The position numbers and the translations under genes are program-made. From positions 8,815,014-8,879,013 of the forward strand of contig NC_057757.1 in NCBI RefSeq assembly GCF_004010195.1: a DNA stretch of 64,000 bases. The letters are read 5' to 3'. The DNA is from Chiloscyllium plagiosum (lineage: Eukaryota). The notes beneath the pieces are model-generated. The model saw only the letters and a program-made list of their open reading frames with translations, was not told the origin of the DNA and ran no database searches. Shown one piece after another: positions 25,876 to 37,977 of the stretch (the first letter of the stretch is position 1; each line of letters opens with the position of its first letter).

Positions 25876-26322
25876 CATAAGACCATAAGACATAGGAGTG
25901 GAAGTAAGGCCATTCGGCCCATCGAGTCCACTCCGCCATTCAATCATGGCTGATGCGCATTTCAGCTCCACTTACCAGCGTTCTCCCCGTAGCCCTACCC
26001 CTCGTATTAACAATTTCTGCCGTGGGAAAAAGTTTCTGGCTATCAACTCTATCTATGCCTCTCATTATCTTGTACACCTCAATTAGGTCCCCTCTCTTCC
26101 TCCTTTTTTCCAATGAGAAAAGTCCGAGCTCAGTCAACCTCTCTTCGTAAGATAAGCCCTCCATTCCAGGCAGTATCCTAGTAAACTACTTCTGAACCCT
26201 TTCCAAAGCATCCACATCTTTCCTATAATAGGGCGACCAGACTGGACACAGTATTCCAAGTGTGGTCTAACCAAAGTTTTTTTTTATATAGGGCTGCAAC
26301 AAGAATTCACGGCTCTTAAACT
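25876..26322 (-). mobile_element. CR1 LINE 3' fragment
   Basis: GLSYEERLTELGLFSLEKRRKRGDLIEVYKIMRG on minus; (CATAAGA)n tail. Confidence 0.9.
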
Positions 26323-26985
26323 CAGAATTTGTGTTACAGATGTTTTGTCCCCTGTCCAGGTGACATCCTCCGTGCTTGGGAGCTTTCTGTGAAGCGCTTC
26401 TGTGATCTTTCCTCCGGCATTTGTAGTGGTTTGAATCTGTCGCTTCCGGTTGTCAGTTCCAGCTGTCCGCTGCAGTTGTCGGTATATTGGGTCCAGGTCG
26501 ATGTGCTTATTGATCAAATCTGTGGATGAGTGCATTGCCTCTAGGAATTCCCTGGCTGTTCTGTTTGGCTTGTCCTATAATAGTAGTGTTGTCCCAGTCG
26601 AATTCATGTTGCTTGTCATCTGTGTGTGTGGCTACTAAGGATAGCTGGTCTTGTCGTTTTGTGGCTAGTTGGTGTTCATGGATGCGAATCGTTAGCTGTC
26701 TTCCTGTTTGTCCTACGTAGTGTTTTGTGCAGTCCTTGCATGGGATTTTGTACACTACATTGGTTTTGCTCATGCTGGGTATCGGGTCCTTCGTTCTGGT
26801 GAGTTGTTGTCTGAGAGTGGCTGTTGGTTGGTGTGCTGTTATGAGTCCTAGTGGTCGCAGTAGTCTGACAGTTCGGAAACGGTCTTGATGTATGGTAGTG
26901 TGGCTAGTCCTTTGGGTTGCGTGTCCTTGTTCCGTTGTCTTTCCCTTAGGCATCTGTTGTCTTTCCCTTAGGCATCTGTTGATGA
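26323..26985 (-). mobile_element. Penelope-like element (Poseidon type), GIY-YIG 3' fragment
   Basis: NVVYKIPCKDCTKHYVGQTGRQLTIRIHEH in ORF 26507-26953. Confidence 0.88.
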
Positions 26986-27124
26986 ATCAGATGCAATAAT
27001 GCAACATGAGGTGTTCAGTCCAATGCTGCCCGTCATCAACTTCAGCTCCATGTAGGAAGTCATCACCTTCATCAACAGGCATCAGAAACCTCCGGCTGTC
27101 TACGTTTATGCCACAAACATTAAG
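26978..27124 (+). pseudogene. ALDH3: Aldehyde dehydrogenase family 3 (ALDH3A/3B-like) single exon relic
   Basis: Manual translation DESDAIMQHEVFSPMLPVINFSSM*EVITFINRHQKPPAVYVYATNIK resembles the ALDH3 segment MQEEIFGPILP...INxREKPLALY. In-frame TAG at 27053-27055. Confidence 0.8.
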
Positions 27125-27369
27125 TTTGGGAGTGTACTGAGCAGGGTCCCTGTGTGGGTATCAAGAGCTAGTATGTAACTGACAGAATGGCCTGAGGAAG
27201 AGCAGGGAGCTCCGAGCGACTCCGAGTGTGGACACTTTCCCAAAACTGTCCTGCACTGGGTTCTAGAGGATGTTACCTCGAGATCACTGAGCAGGATCCA
27301 CAGCCTCACTCAGGCTTCTGCTCAGTGACTCCCCCCAGCAACAGGCAGATCACAGCTTGAGCAAGGCTT

Positions 27370-27680
27370 CCCTATTAGTCAGTCTGCTAAGAATGATGTC
27401 TCCATATTGGTCAGTGTGCTTGGAATGATGTCTCTTTGTTGGTCAGTGTGTTCTTAATTATGTTTTTCTATTTGTAACTGTGTTCTGTATGATGTCTCCC
27501 TATTGGTCAGTGTGCTAAGAATACCTTCTTCCTATTGGTCATTGCGTTCCAAATGCTGTATCCCAATTGGTCACTGTGATGTCATTCCAATATTCCTACT
27601 GGTCAGTACTTTCAGAATGCTGTCTCCCTATTCTTCAATGTTTTCCAGATGCTGTCTCTTTATTGGCCGATTGGTCAGTT
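27370..27680. repeat. Degenerate ~31-bp minisatellite (GATGTCTCCCTATTGGTCAGTGTG...)
   Basis: Recurring TATTGGTCAGTGTG / GATGTCTC motifs. Confidence 0.7.
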
Positions 27681-27832
27681 TATCCCATTGTCTCCAGTAG
27701 ACCTGCAAGTTGAGTAATCACATTTTCTGAATCTGAAAGTGTCTTCCACCTTCCTCCCGAGATAAAGCGACCAGACGCAAACATGCAAACCACAGGGTCA
27801 TGATGTAACCCAGCTCAATACCAGCCCTTTCC

Positions 27833-28175
27833 ATTTCTCTCTCTCTCTTTCTGTTGTTTCCTTCTTTCCTTCTCTCTTCCTCTCACCTTCTGCTTCTTCT
27901 CTCTCGCCTCCCTTCCTTTCCCTGTTATTTCATCTCTGTGAATCAGTCTGACTTTCTCACTCACTGCATCTCCAATGTTGTTTTCGTTCTTTGGTTATTT
28001 TTGCAAGTCTGTCCTTCTCTTTGTCCTCACATCTGTCTATCCATTACTTTCTCTTTCTGGATCCTGTTCATTTCTAACCCTGTCATCTTTCTCTCCCCTG
28101 TCTGTCTGTCTCTCTCTCTCCTCTCTCCTCTCTCTCTCCCTTTGATTCGGACTTCTCAATCTGTCTCTGTTCATT
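27833..28175. repeat. CT-rich low-complexity tract
   Basis: Pyrimidine-rich, degenerate (CT)n. Confidence 0.8.
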
Positions 28176-28497
28176 GATTTGAGGGTGGGTGAGACTTGGA
28201 TTCCCCACACGGTTCAACAGCATACTTTTGAATTGAAGCTGGGTGCGAGAGCGGAGGTCACCATCCTCTCAGATCAGTTATTGAAGGAGCCGACGCTGTG
28301 ACCGATAGAGGTGAGGCGAAGTGGCCCCAAGCTGGAGTAACTGGCAAGACCAGAGGAGATTGCCAGATAATTGGAAATGTGTTTCTGGTTCACAATCTGC
28401 ACTGCTCACCTTCCAATCAGCTGGAACCGGATCTCACTCACGTTAATAAGGCAGTACGATCTCGACACACCCCGCTTTTCCCAAGATAGATGAGGCC

Positions 28498-29722
28498 CTG
28501 GAGTACGTTGTTGAACAGAAGGAGCCTGGGGGTGCAGGTACATAGTTCCTTGAAAGTGCGTAGGTAGGGTGATGCAGAAGACGTTGGCATTTTTGATTAG
28601 ATTAGATTACTTACAGTGTGGAAACAGGCCCTTCGGCCCAACAAGTCCACACCGCCCCTACGAAGCGCAACCCACCCATACCCCTACATGTACCCCTTAC
28701 CTAACACTACGGGCAATTTAGCATGGCCAATTCACCTAACCTGCACATCTTTGGACTGTGGGAGGAAACCGGAGCACCCGGAGGAAACCCACGCAGACAC
28801 GGGGAGAACGTGCAAACTCCACACAGTCAGTCGCCTGAGGCGGGAATTGAACCCGGGTCTCTGGCGCTGTGAGGCAGCAGTGCTAACCACTGTGCCACCG
28901 TGCCGCCCATGTTTGCCTTTATTGGTCAATGCATTGAGTATAGGATTTGGCACGTCATGTTGGGGATGTATGAGAGATTTATGAGGCCACTTTTAGAATA
29001 CCATGTACAACTGCGCCATTCCTGCTCTCAGCAGGATGTCATAGAGTCATAGTTCCTTGAAAGTGCTTCGGTAGGGTGATGCAGAAGGCGTTGGCATACT
29101 TGCCTTTATTGGTCACTCTATTGAGTATAGGATTTGGAACGTCATGTTGGGGATGCATGAGAAATTTATGAGGCCACTTTTAGAATACCGTGTACAACTG
29201 CGACTCCCCTGCTCTTAGAAGGATGTCATAGAGTCATCAAGATGTTCAGCATGGAAACAAACCATTCAGTCTAACTCATCCATGCCGACCAGAGGGTTTG
29301 AGCAGTAGGGAGAAGCTGAATTGACTGGGGCTGCTTTATGTGGAGCGTCGGAGGCTGAGGGGTAACTTTATAAAGGTTTATAAAACCATGAGGGTCAAGG
29401 ATAGGGCAAATAGATAATGACATTTTAATTCATGTGTAGGTTGTAAGGTGGAGAGGAGGAATATTTTGAGGAGAACTGAGGGGTACGTTTTTCACACAGA
29501 AGGTCGTGCATATGTGGAATGAGCTGCCGGAGGCAATAGTGGAGGCTGTTACAATTGCAACATTTAAAAGACGTTTCGACAGGTACATGGATAGGAATGG
29601 TTGGAAGGGAAATGACCCAGGCGTGGTAGATGGGGGCAGTTCAGTTTGCGTTGCCTGGTTAGCACGGATGATTTGGATCAAAGGGACTGTTTCCTTGCTG
29701 AGTGACTCTGACTCTCTGACTC
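28498..29722 (+). mobile_element. CR1 LINE 3' fragment with internal ~190-bp duplication and nested SINE
   Basis: WNELPEAIVEAVTIATFKRRFDRYM; (GACTCT)n tail at about 29704-29722. Confidence 0.85.
28591..28908 (-). mobile_element. Full-length HE1-type V-SINE (tRNA-derived)
   Basis: Reverse complement begins GGGCGGCACGGTGGCACAGTGG (A box) ... GGTTCAATTCC (B box), then V-domain and (TAATC)n tail. Confidence 0.93.
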
Positions 29723-29779
29723 TAAGAGAGTGACTGATCGAGACTGTTGACTGACAAGCAGGAGACGCTATAACGAGAC

Positions 29780-29995
29780 CTGTATGCATATAGGAGTATG
29801 TGTCTGTGTGTGCATATACAGAAGTGTGTGTGCGTACAGGGGAGTGTGTAGAGGAGTTTATGTCTATGTCTGTGTCTGTGTACCGCCTGTGTGTGCATGT
29901 ACAGGGTTGCATGTGTATGAGTGGACAGGGGCATGTGTGTGTACAGGGATCTATTTCTGAATGTGTACAGGTGTATATGTTCGTGTGTGTGAACT
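29780..29995. repeat. GT-rich degenerate microsatellite
   Basis: Degenerate (TG)n. Confidence 0.75.
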
Positions 29996-30142
29996 GAAGT
30001 TCAGGCCAATGAGCAATGCCCAGTCAGGAACACCCACTGCCTCAACTCTATCTGCCATGGTAACTTGTAGAATCCTCACAGATCCTCCGAGCATGTATGC
30101 ATTTCTTAGCATACTCAGTTAATGTTCCATTTGAATGGCAAC

Positions 30143-31030
30143 ACATAACAGACCACAACAAATTGAAACAGGAGTAGGCCATTCGACACTTTGAACCTGC
30201 CCCACCATTCAATATGGCTGAGCCAACAGTCCTCATGTTTGCATTCCTGTCCTTTCCCCAAAACGCTTTGATTCTCCAACTGATCAAAAATCTATCAATC
30301 TCAGCCTTCAATATACACAGGGAGTCTTCCCTTACAGCTCTGTGTGACAAGGAGTTCCAAAGAGTCGCACCCCTCTGAGAGAAGAAATTCCTCTCATCTC
30401 AGTATTATTTTGGTGACCAGAGTGTGCCCTCTGATCCTATACTCTCCCATGAGGTGAAACATCCTCTTTGCATTTCCCATAAAACTCCTTCAGCATCCGA
30501 TATATTTCAATGAGACACCTCTCATACTGCTAAACTCCAGTGAGTAGGGTCCCAACCTATTTAACCTCTACTCATGAAATAATCCCTCCACACCAGGAAT
30601 CATCGTCGTGAACCTTCTCTGAACTGCTGGCAAGTAAATCATACCTTTCCTTAAATATGGGAACCAAAACTGCTCCCAGAGCTCCTGATGTGGTCTCACC
30701 AGCTCCTTGCACATCAGGAGTAAGACTTCCCTACTCTTATACTCCGATCCCCTTGAAATAAGGACCAACATTTCATTAGTCCCCTTCCTGTTTCTCTGTT
30801 ACCCCTGTGTGCTAGCTTTCTGTGTTTCATGCAAAGTTTCCCCCAAGATCCTTTGAGTGTCCTTCTGTTGCTTTTCTCCATTTAAGTAATACTTTTCTGT
30901 AATTCTCTTTTCTAAAATGAACTTCCCATTTTCCCACTTTATACTTCATTTACTTATTAACTGCCCTTCCATTTAACCTATCAATATCTATCTGTATACT
31001 GCCTGTATCCCTCTCACAAACTGCCCAGTT
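30143..31030 (-). mobile_element. CR1 LINE fragment
   Basis: LVRPHQELWEQFWFPYLRK...VQRRFT on minus; 3' UTR at left. Confidence 0.85.
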
Positions 31031-31039
31031 ACCTTTTAC

Positions 31040-31722
31040 TTTCAAGGTAAACTTGCAGGTTGAGTCAACAGTTAAGAAGGCAAATGCAATTACAGCATTT
31101 ATTTTGAGAGACTTGAATGTAAAAGCAGGGATGTACCTCCGAGACTGCTTAAGGCACAGGTCAGACCACATTTGGAGTATTGTGTGCAGTTTTGGGCCCC
31201 ATATCTCAGGAAAGATGTTCTAGCCATGGAACATGTTCAGAGGAGGTTCACAAGAATGCACCTAAGAATGAAACGCTTAAAATATGACGAAAGTTTGAGG
31301 ACTCTGATTCTATGCTCGATGGAGTTTACAAAGATATGGGGGGAATCTAATTGAAACATACAGAATACTGAATGGACTGGACACAGTGAATATTGGAAAG
31401 ATGTTTTGACTGTTATGAGAGACTAGGGCGTGAGGGCATAACATTAGAATAAAGCAAAGACCTTTCAGAATGGAAATAAAGAGAAACCTTTTCAGCTGGC
31501 GAGTGGTGAAACTATGGGATTCACTGCCACAGATGGCTGTGGAGGTCAGGTCATTGAACACATTTAAAACAGAGGTAGATAGGTTGTTGAGTGTCGGGAG
31601 GATCAAGGGTTGTGGAGAGGAAGAGGGAGAATGGGGTTGAGAAACTTATCAACGATGATTAACTGGCGGGGCAGACTTGTCAGGCTGAATGGCCTCATTA
31701 CTGTTCCAATGTCTTATGGTCT
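31040..31722 (+). mobile_element. CR1 LINE 3' fragment
   Basis: EYCVQFWAPYLRKDVLAMEHVQRRFTRM; TCTTATGG tail. Confidence 0.88.
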
Positions 31723-31828
31723 TTTTGTGTGCCTTTTGAAAATTTGGCTCTATCGTATTTGCTTCCACCATTAAAGTGAAAAGACTCACGTGAAGAATTT
31801 GATATGTTTTGTCTTATGCATCCTGCAT

Positions 31829-32025
31829 GACCGTTGGGTTAGCTCAGGTGGCCTGTCATGCAGAATACTGCTAATTGTATAGGTTCAAATCCCACACTGG
31901 CTGCGGTGCATATGAAGGACTCTCCACACCCACTCCCCTTGCGTGAAGTGTGGTGGCCTTCAGATAAAAATGTCACCAGTTTCCTCCCTTGAATAAGAGA
32001 ATGGGATGATGGTAACTTTGCCTTA
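31829..32025 (+). mobile_element. Old tRNA-derived SINE
   Basis: TTAGCTCAGGTGG (A-box-like) and GGTTCAAATCC (B box). Confidence 0.5.
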
Positions 32026-32536
32026 CCCTTTATGTCTGCTTTGAAATGACTCTTGTATTTTAGTTTGCAATTTATTTCATAAAGTACCGTATACTTTTGC
32101 AACAAAAGACATTGTTTCATGTAAATTATCCAATTTTATTATTTAACAATTTATTGCCATCACTAAAACGTATTCTATCACAACAGTGTTCTGACACAGA
32201 TTTGCTTTTTTGTCCTCCCAACTTGGAAAAGAGAACACTTTGAAAATGTTGTAATCCTCATGTCCCTGTGTAGACTTCGAGTATAGATAATAGGCTTCAT
32301 TAACTCCGCGTTGAAGTCAGTTGGACTGTTCATCGAGGTTGAGTAGTGCATTTCGAAAATGCAAGGAATCATTCTGATTGCCAAGAAAATATATTACATG
32401 ATTCTTGCTGTCATTGGTGTTCCAGGTAAGTGGGTTTAAACAGAAACTGTGTAAATGTGCCCGTTTCTACATTGGGACTGATACTGCGTACAGACCTTTA
32501 TGCATCTATTGGATCACTTTTACCGTTTAATTCTGC

Positions 32537-33256
32537 TGTGAAGTTGAAGATGAGTCCTGTACCTTTAAGAGGGAGTGAATGTTATTTTGCACTGAGAACT
32601 TACAAGCGCCTGTCATATGACTAGCTAGCAGTACTACAAATTTGAATATATGTAACATTTGACTGTGACATGGATACGGTTTTGATTGCTTTTTTTTAAC
32701 AAGAATTTGAATTCAACCAGTCAGTTTAAATCATGCCCCTGATTACTAAAATCGATTTTGAATTTATTGTTTTTGCCAACTTCGAACCAATGAGACGATC
32801 CAGTATTTGGGATATAAAGTAACAGGCATTTTGAAAGTTAGACAGAGAGTAAACTGCCATCGAGAGAGACTGCCATTCCAAAACCCTCCTATCAAATACA
32901 CCTTTCTCATACGAAACATCTTTGAGGCAAAATACGGAAGATGAATCAAGCAGGACGCTGGAGATGACCGTCGCTGTGAGGTTTTGAAATTAAGCTGAAG
33001 TAATTTTAATGCAGGTTTTTATTGGAACAGTGTATTGATATAGAGATGGAGGCAGATAGCAAGCAGTGAAGGGAAATGGGTGGAGTATAGTTGTGAACAG
33101 TTATTTAATGCTCCCTTTTAAATTGATATTAATTTTCTTTAAATAGTGGAATGTGGGATTTCTCTGTCACTCACGCTTTAACAGATTACGAGGTGACGTG
33201 AGCCTTTCTGGATGTTTGGTTTAATTAGCAGAAAGGTTCACTGCCATGTGGTAACA
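32537..33256. mobile_element. Possible solo LTR
   Basis: Non-coding ~720-bp segment bounded by TGTGA...TAACA; no clear TSD. Confidence 0.35.
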
Positions 33257-33291
33257 ATTTTCAAAATGTCAATTGGCCTGAATTAACTCTG

Positions 33292-33516
33292 TTCTCGATT
33301 AGAGTGGTGCTGGAAATTCACAGCAGTTCCACACCCCACCCTCCTCTCATTTGTCTCTCCACCCTGCAGGCACTCTGCCTCTATTCCTGATGAAGGGCTT
33401 TTGCCCGAAACGTTGATTTCCCTGCGTTTCGGATGCTGCCTGAACTGCTGTGCTTTCCCAGCACCACTCTAATCTAGAATCTGGTTTCCAGCATCTGCTG
33501 TTCTTGTTTTTACCTA
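33292..33516 (+). mobile_element. Short Penelope-derived inverted-repeat element with hammerhead motif
   Basis: TSD CCTGAATTAACTCTG (33277-33291 and 33517-33531); inverted arms ATTAGAGTGGTGCTGG...CCAGCACCACTCTAAT. Confidence 0.8.
33383..33418 (+). ncRNA. Minimal type-I hammerhead ribozyme motif (Penelope-associated)
   Basis: ATTC-CTGATGA-A-GGGC-TTTT-GCCC-GAAAC-GTT-GATT: CUGANGA and GAAA cores, 4-bp stem II. Confidence 0.6.
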
Positions 33517-33579
33517 CCTGAATTAACTCTGGTCTTTTGATTTATTGCCACGTGCACAAGTGAGGTTCTGATTGTAGTT

Positions 33580-33775
33580 TGGAGATAGTGAGGACTGCGG
33601 ATGCTGGAAAGTCAGACCTGAAAAATGTGGAGCTAGATAAAGCACAACAGGTCAAGCAGTATCAGAGGAGCGGGAGAGTTGATGTTTCGGCAGGACCTTG
33701 ACATCAATCTTCCTGCTGCTCTGACGCTACTTGGCCTGCCATGCTTTTCTCCAGCTGCGCATCTTGTCGGCTCTG
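33580..33775. mobile_element. Older short Penelope-derived inverted-repeat element
   Basis: GAGGACTGCGGATGCTGGA end motif, diverged arms, degenerate TSD TCTGATTGT/TCTGACTGT. Confidence 0.6.
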
Positions 33776-34157
33776 ACTGTGCTTTGCATGATTGTGTTTA
33801 GTACAATCAGGCCTCGTCTAGAACTACTGATGCTTCATCAGCCGGAATCAATGTATTTACAGGACAGATAGCTCTCCTAGTTATTAGTGACAAAGACAAT
33901 GCTCGATAAACTCTGAAGTTCTGGCAGCAAATGTGGAGAGAAAGCAGAGGCAATGTCTCGGGTACCTTCTTCAGAACTGAATCTGCTCATCTTGTGAAGC
34001 ATTAACACTGCTTTCCCTCTGTGTGGGAACTGCCAGACCTACTGAGTTTCTTCAGCAATTTCTGTTTTTGCTTCAGATCTCGAGCATCCGCACTGCTTTG
34101 TGATATGTTCTAATCAATCTGATCAGAACTATTATTACCCACCTGAGATTATAAGAG

Positions 34158-34815
34158 CAGGAAGATGATGTTGGAGCTGGACAGGACCTTGGTGAGGCCA
34201 TAACTAGTGCACAGAATGCATTTTCAGTCCCCAGACAGGAGGAAGGATGGGATTGCACTTGATGGGTGGTGGGGGGGCTGTGCGGAGGAGATTCACCAGG
34301 ATATTGCCTGGGATGGAGTGATCCAGAGATGAAGCGAGGCTGGATAAGCTCGGTTGTTTTCCTTGGAGAGAAGGCTGAGCAGATACTGATGGAGATGTAT
34401 CCCATTCTGGGGTTATGAGGACTCTGATGGAATTTAAAAGGATGAGGGGAATCTGACTGAGCCTTATAGAATACCGAGAGTCCTGGATTGAGTGGATGTA
34501 GAGAATATGTTTCCACCAGTAGGAGAGACCAGGACCTGAGGGCACAGCCTCAGATCAAAGGGATGACTCTTTAAAGCTGAAATAGAAAAGGAATTTGTTC
34601 AGCCAGAGGGCAGTGACACTTTGGAACTCATTATACAGAAGGCTGTGGAGAGTAACTCATTGATTGTATGTAGGACAGAAATAGGTAGTGCCTTGATGGG
34701 TAAGGGGATCAAGTGCTCCAGCGAGAAAACCAGAGAATGAGGTTGAGAAACATATCAGCCGTGATCTTGGAGATGATGGGCCAAATAGCCTAAATCTGCT
34801 CATATACCTGATTGT
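34158..34815 (+). mobile_element. CR1 LINE 3' fragment, degraded
   Basis: Similar to 31040-31722. Confidence 0.75.
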
Positions 34816-34830
34816 CTTAAAGCCTTACTA

Positions 34831-35023
34831 GCTGAAAATGTGTTGCTCGAAAAGCGCAGCAGGTCAGGCAGCATCCAAGGAGCAGGAGAATCGACGTTTC
34901 CGGCATGAGCCCTTCTTCAGAGGGCTCGATTCTCCTGCTCCTTGGATGCTGCCTGACCTGCTGCGCTTTTCCAGCAACACATTTTCAGCTCTGATCTCCA
35001 GCATCTGAAGTCCTCACTTTCTC
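34831..35023. mobile_element. Short Penelope-derived inverted-repeat element
   Basis: Arms of about 65 bp at 34830-34894 and 34926-34990. TSD CTTAAAGC(C/T)TTACTA at 34816-34830 and 35024-35038. Hammerhead-like motif on minus at 34889-34920. Confidence 0.85.
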
Positions 35024-35104
35024 CTTAAAGCTTTACTATACTTCCAGTCTAGGTCATCTATCAACTTCAAAATAAATGAATATCCAAATTAACAGCATCA
35101 GTAT

Positions 35105-35610
35105 TGTTATGGACCAGGCCAGATCCCCTCAAAATAACTTAAGAAAGTAGCCTCGCCCTTAACTTTCTTATAATTAAAGGCTGATGCGAAGTGGATATTC
35201 CAAGTGTGATGCAGCTCGTCAAAGCCCTCGGTTTTAAGCAAATCATAATTTATTTAAACAATATAGTCGAATCATAGACAAAAAAAGCAGAATTTAAGGA
35301 GCTTAACGTTTGGAAAATCTAACTGATTCGATAAAACAACTTAACTAAGGAGCTGTTCCAATCCAGTAACAAGTCATTAACCACTGCTTAGCAAAACAAT
35401 AAATAAATTGAAACACACGTTCTTACAATCAGGAGTTAAAAACATCCAGAGAGATTTCAGAGAGAAACTCAGTTAGGAATCATCTGCTGAAGCTTGCAAC
35501 CTTTCTGGACTCCAGCATCTTGTAAGCTCAACAGCTAAACCAAACGAGGAATAACCTACACTGGGAGAATTGGCCACTCCTCTGCCATTGTTAAACTCGT
35601 CTCTTCCCAG
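35105..35610. mobile_element. Possible LTR fragment
   Basis: Begins TGTTATGGACCAGG; non-coding; right end undefined. Confidence 0.3.
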
Positions 35611-37689
35611 ACCCCTTGGCACCTCTATCTCTCTCTCTCTTTTCCACTCCTCCCACAAGGGAGCTGCCATGACTCCCTCCTTGGCCAGCCTCTCTGTGTT
35701 GGCCTTCAATGCTTTTGAACTGACCCCATCATCAAGGATCAGCACGTATCAGCACATTTTATCATCTGGTTTCGACAGGGAATGGAGGAGAGGGGGTTTC
35801 CTACTGGAGTTGGAGATACCTCTTTGGTACATAACTAATGGCCTCCCCATAACCCTGTGGTCCCTGTGCCTTTACTATTATCAACATGACAGCTTCACTC
35901 AGCTTCTCTTCCAACTGGTGTTCCCTGACCAGATGTGTGTTTCCATTTGTTTATATATGCATTTTTTTTTGTGAAATCACATTTCTGGCTCACTGAGTAT
36001 TTTCTTTTATTGTCAAAGATGTACAACTAAATAACTGGAGGCGTCAAATACGTCTGAGGCATCAAGGAGGGTGGAATCAAATGTAATGGGATCGATCCTC
36101 GACATTGTGGACCCTTCTCCTCTCACATCTTGAAAATGGGTGAAGTGTGAAAGCCAAAGAGAATCATTGACATTTGTCCAAATCCACAAGTAAGTGTGCT
36201 TACATTTTCACTGATGCTGGGATTCACCTTCCTTCAGCTTCCTGCTTTCCCTCGCCAAGCTGCCGTTACAAATGCAAACCAGTTAATTTAATGATGTGGA
36301 GATGCCAGTGTTGGACTGGGCTGAAGTCCCATGGCACTAGGTTATAGTTTGCTCCATTGCGAAGTGACGTGACAAAGAGGCAGCATTTGGAAAGCTTGTG
36401 ATTTCAAATAGACTTTTTGGACTATCAGCTGATGGAGTATGACTAGCCAAATTTGAGGTCACAAATATCATTCAAACTTATTAAGATATCAAGAAGGAAG
36501 TGAACTAAGGCTTAGCGCTCAAACTCTCAGCTTGTTAGACCTGGGAATAGGCCTGTCTGAGATGAACCAAAATGATAAATGTGATGCTTAAACAAATTAA
36601 ACCCTTTTTATGCCAAAGTGAATTCAGACAGTATGTTTGATTTGAACATGTTCTCCTCTCCCCTGCAGTTAACTTAGTGGCACTCATCATCCAGTCTCAG
36701 CAAAGGTGTGGTCTGCCCTCCTGCACCACTTGCTATCTGGTGGCCATGGCAGCATCAGAACTGATGGTTCTTATTACTAAGGTCATACTGAGGCAAATCA
36801 ATGCTTATTATTTCCCATTATTTTTCTTAGATTTGACCTCTGTGTATAGTATAATCTATGTTTTGTCAACGCCAGCCACGTCCTGCTCTGTTTAGTTCAC
36901 AGTCACTTTCAGCTTCAATGTTTTGTTATTATCTGCTGCCAAAGACTAAAACTTAAATATTGCACAAAGGGAAATGCAGTTGTAATTCTATCAACAACCT
37001 GCATCTTAATATGTTTAATACATGTTCCTTTCTACTTTAGATTTAAGCCTTATACAATACTTTACAACCTGCAATGGCTCTGTGTTTTAAAGCCGAGCTA
37101 TTACAGTGAGCACAGCTGGGTGGGATTGAAATGGTTCCTTACAGCTGTTAATCCATTGCTGCAATTCATTCTAATTCTGCTGCTGAACGCTCTGACAGTC
37201 AGACATATTATCGTGGCCAGTCGAGTCCGGAAGGGACTGAGGCATCAGAATAGGGGTGAGAACTGCAGTGATCCAGAGATGGAGAGCAGAAGGAGGTCAA
37301 TAATTTTACTCTTTACCATTACCGGCAGTGTTATAATTTTGTGGCCTATATATGTGATAAATTTCATTTATAACATTATTCCTGGAATTGATTCCACAGA
37401 TGGTGATCATTCTTTACTCATATTTAGACAAGCCACATTTATGTTGGTGAATTTAAGTTGCTGCACCAATGCATTCATTTACGGGGTGACACAATCCAAA
37501 TTTCAACAGCAGATCAAGAATGCAGTGAAATGTTCTTTTTTACATATATCAACATCGTCATTAGGCCAAATAACCAAATGCAGTTCCCAGAATTTCCAAA
37601 TTATGCATGATGCTTTAAAATATTAACTCGATATTTGTAAATGACTCCATTGGGTGGTTTGAGGGGTGGGTGAATTAGATGCTGTCAGG

Positions 37690-37977
37690 CAGGGCACATC
37701 CTTGGAGAAAGGGAAGACTCTTTAGAATATAGATAAGGAGAAATGTCTTTAGCCAGACAATGGTGAATCTGTGGAATTCATTGCCACATAGGACTGTGGA
37801 GGTCAGGTCATTGAATATATTTAAGATAGAGATAGATAAGTTCTTGATTGTCAAGGGGATTGAGGGTTATGGGAGAAAATGGGAAAATGTAATTGAAAAT
37901 CCTTTCAGACACGATTGAATGGTGGAGCAGACCCAATGGGCCAAATGGCCAATTTTACATTCCTATGGTTTTATGGC
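37690..37977 (+). mobile_element. CR1 LINE 3' end
   Basis: GTGAATCTGTGGAATTCATTGCCACA...; matches 31430-31722 and 57540-57822. Confidence 0.8.

Larger units (their letters stand above)
32359..37626 (+). pseudogene. Class A orphan GPCR of the GPR139/GPR142-like family, two exons (32359-32425; 36669-37626), disrupted
   Basis: Exon 1 MQGIILIAKKIYYMILAVIGVP ends at CCAG|gtaag. Acceptor ccctgcag|TT at 36669 is phase-1 matched. Motifs YLVAMAASELMV, LLLNALTVRHII, SCCTNAFIYGVTQSKF. Premature TAG at 36893-36895 and a 1-bp frameshift at about 36920 in the DR-motif region. Confidence 0.9.

Noticed and set aside
28220..28300. LKLGARAEVTILSD, resembling a retroviral-type protease motif (KLDTGAxVT)
   Set aside because: Catalytic DTG absent and no adjacent gag/RT recognised; too weak.
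28840..28908. tRNA gene
   Set aside because: tRNA-derived SINE head continuous with the V-domain; the same applies at 51022 and 51929.
35473..35974. ORFs of 90 and 134 aa in the GPCR intron
   Set aside because: No recognisable domain; low-complexity or LTR-like sequence.
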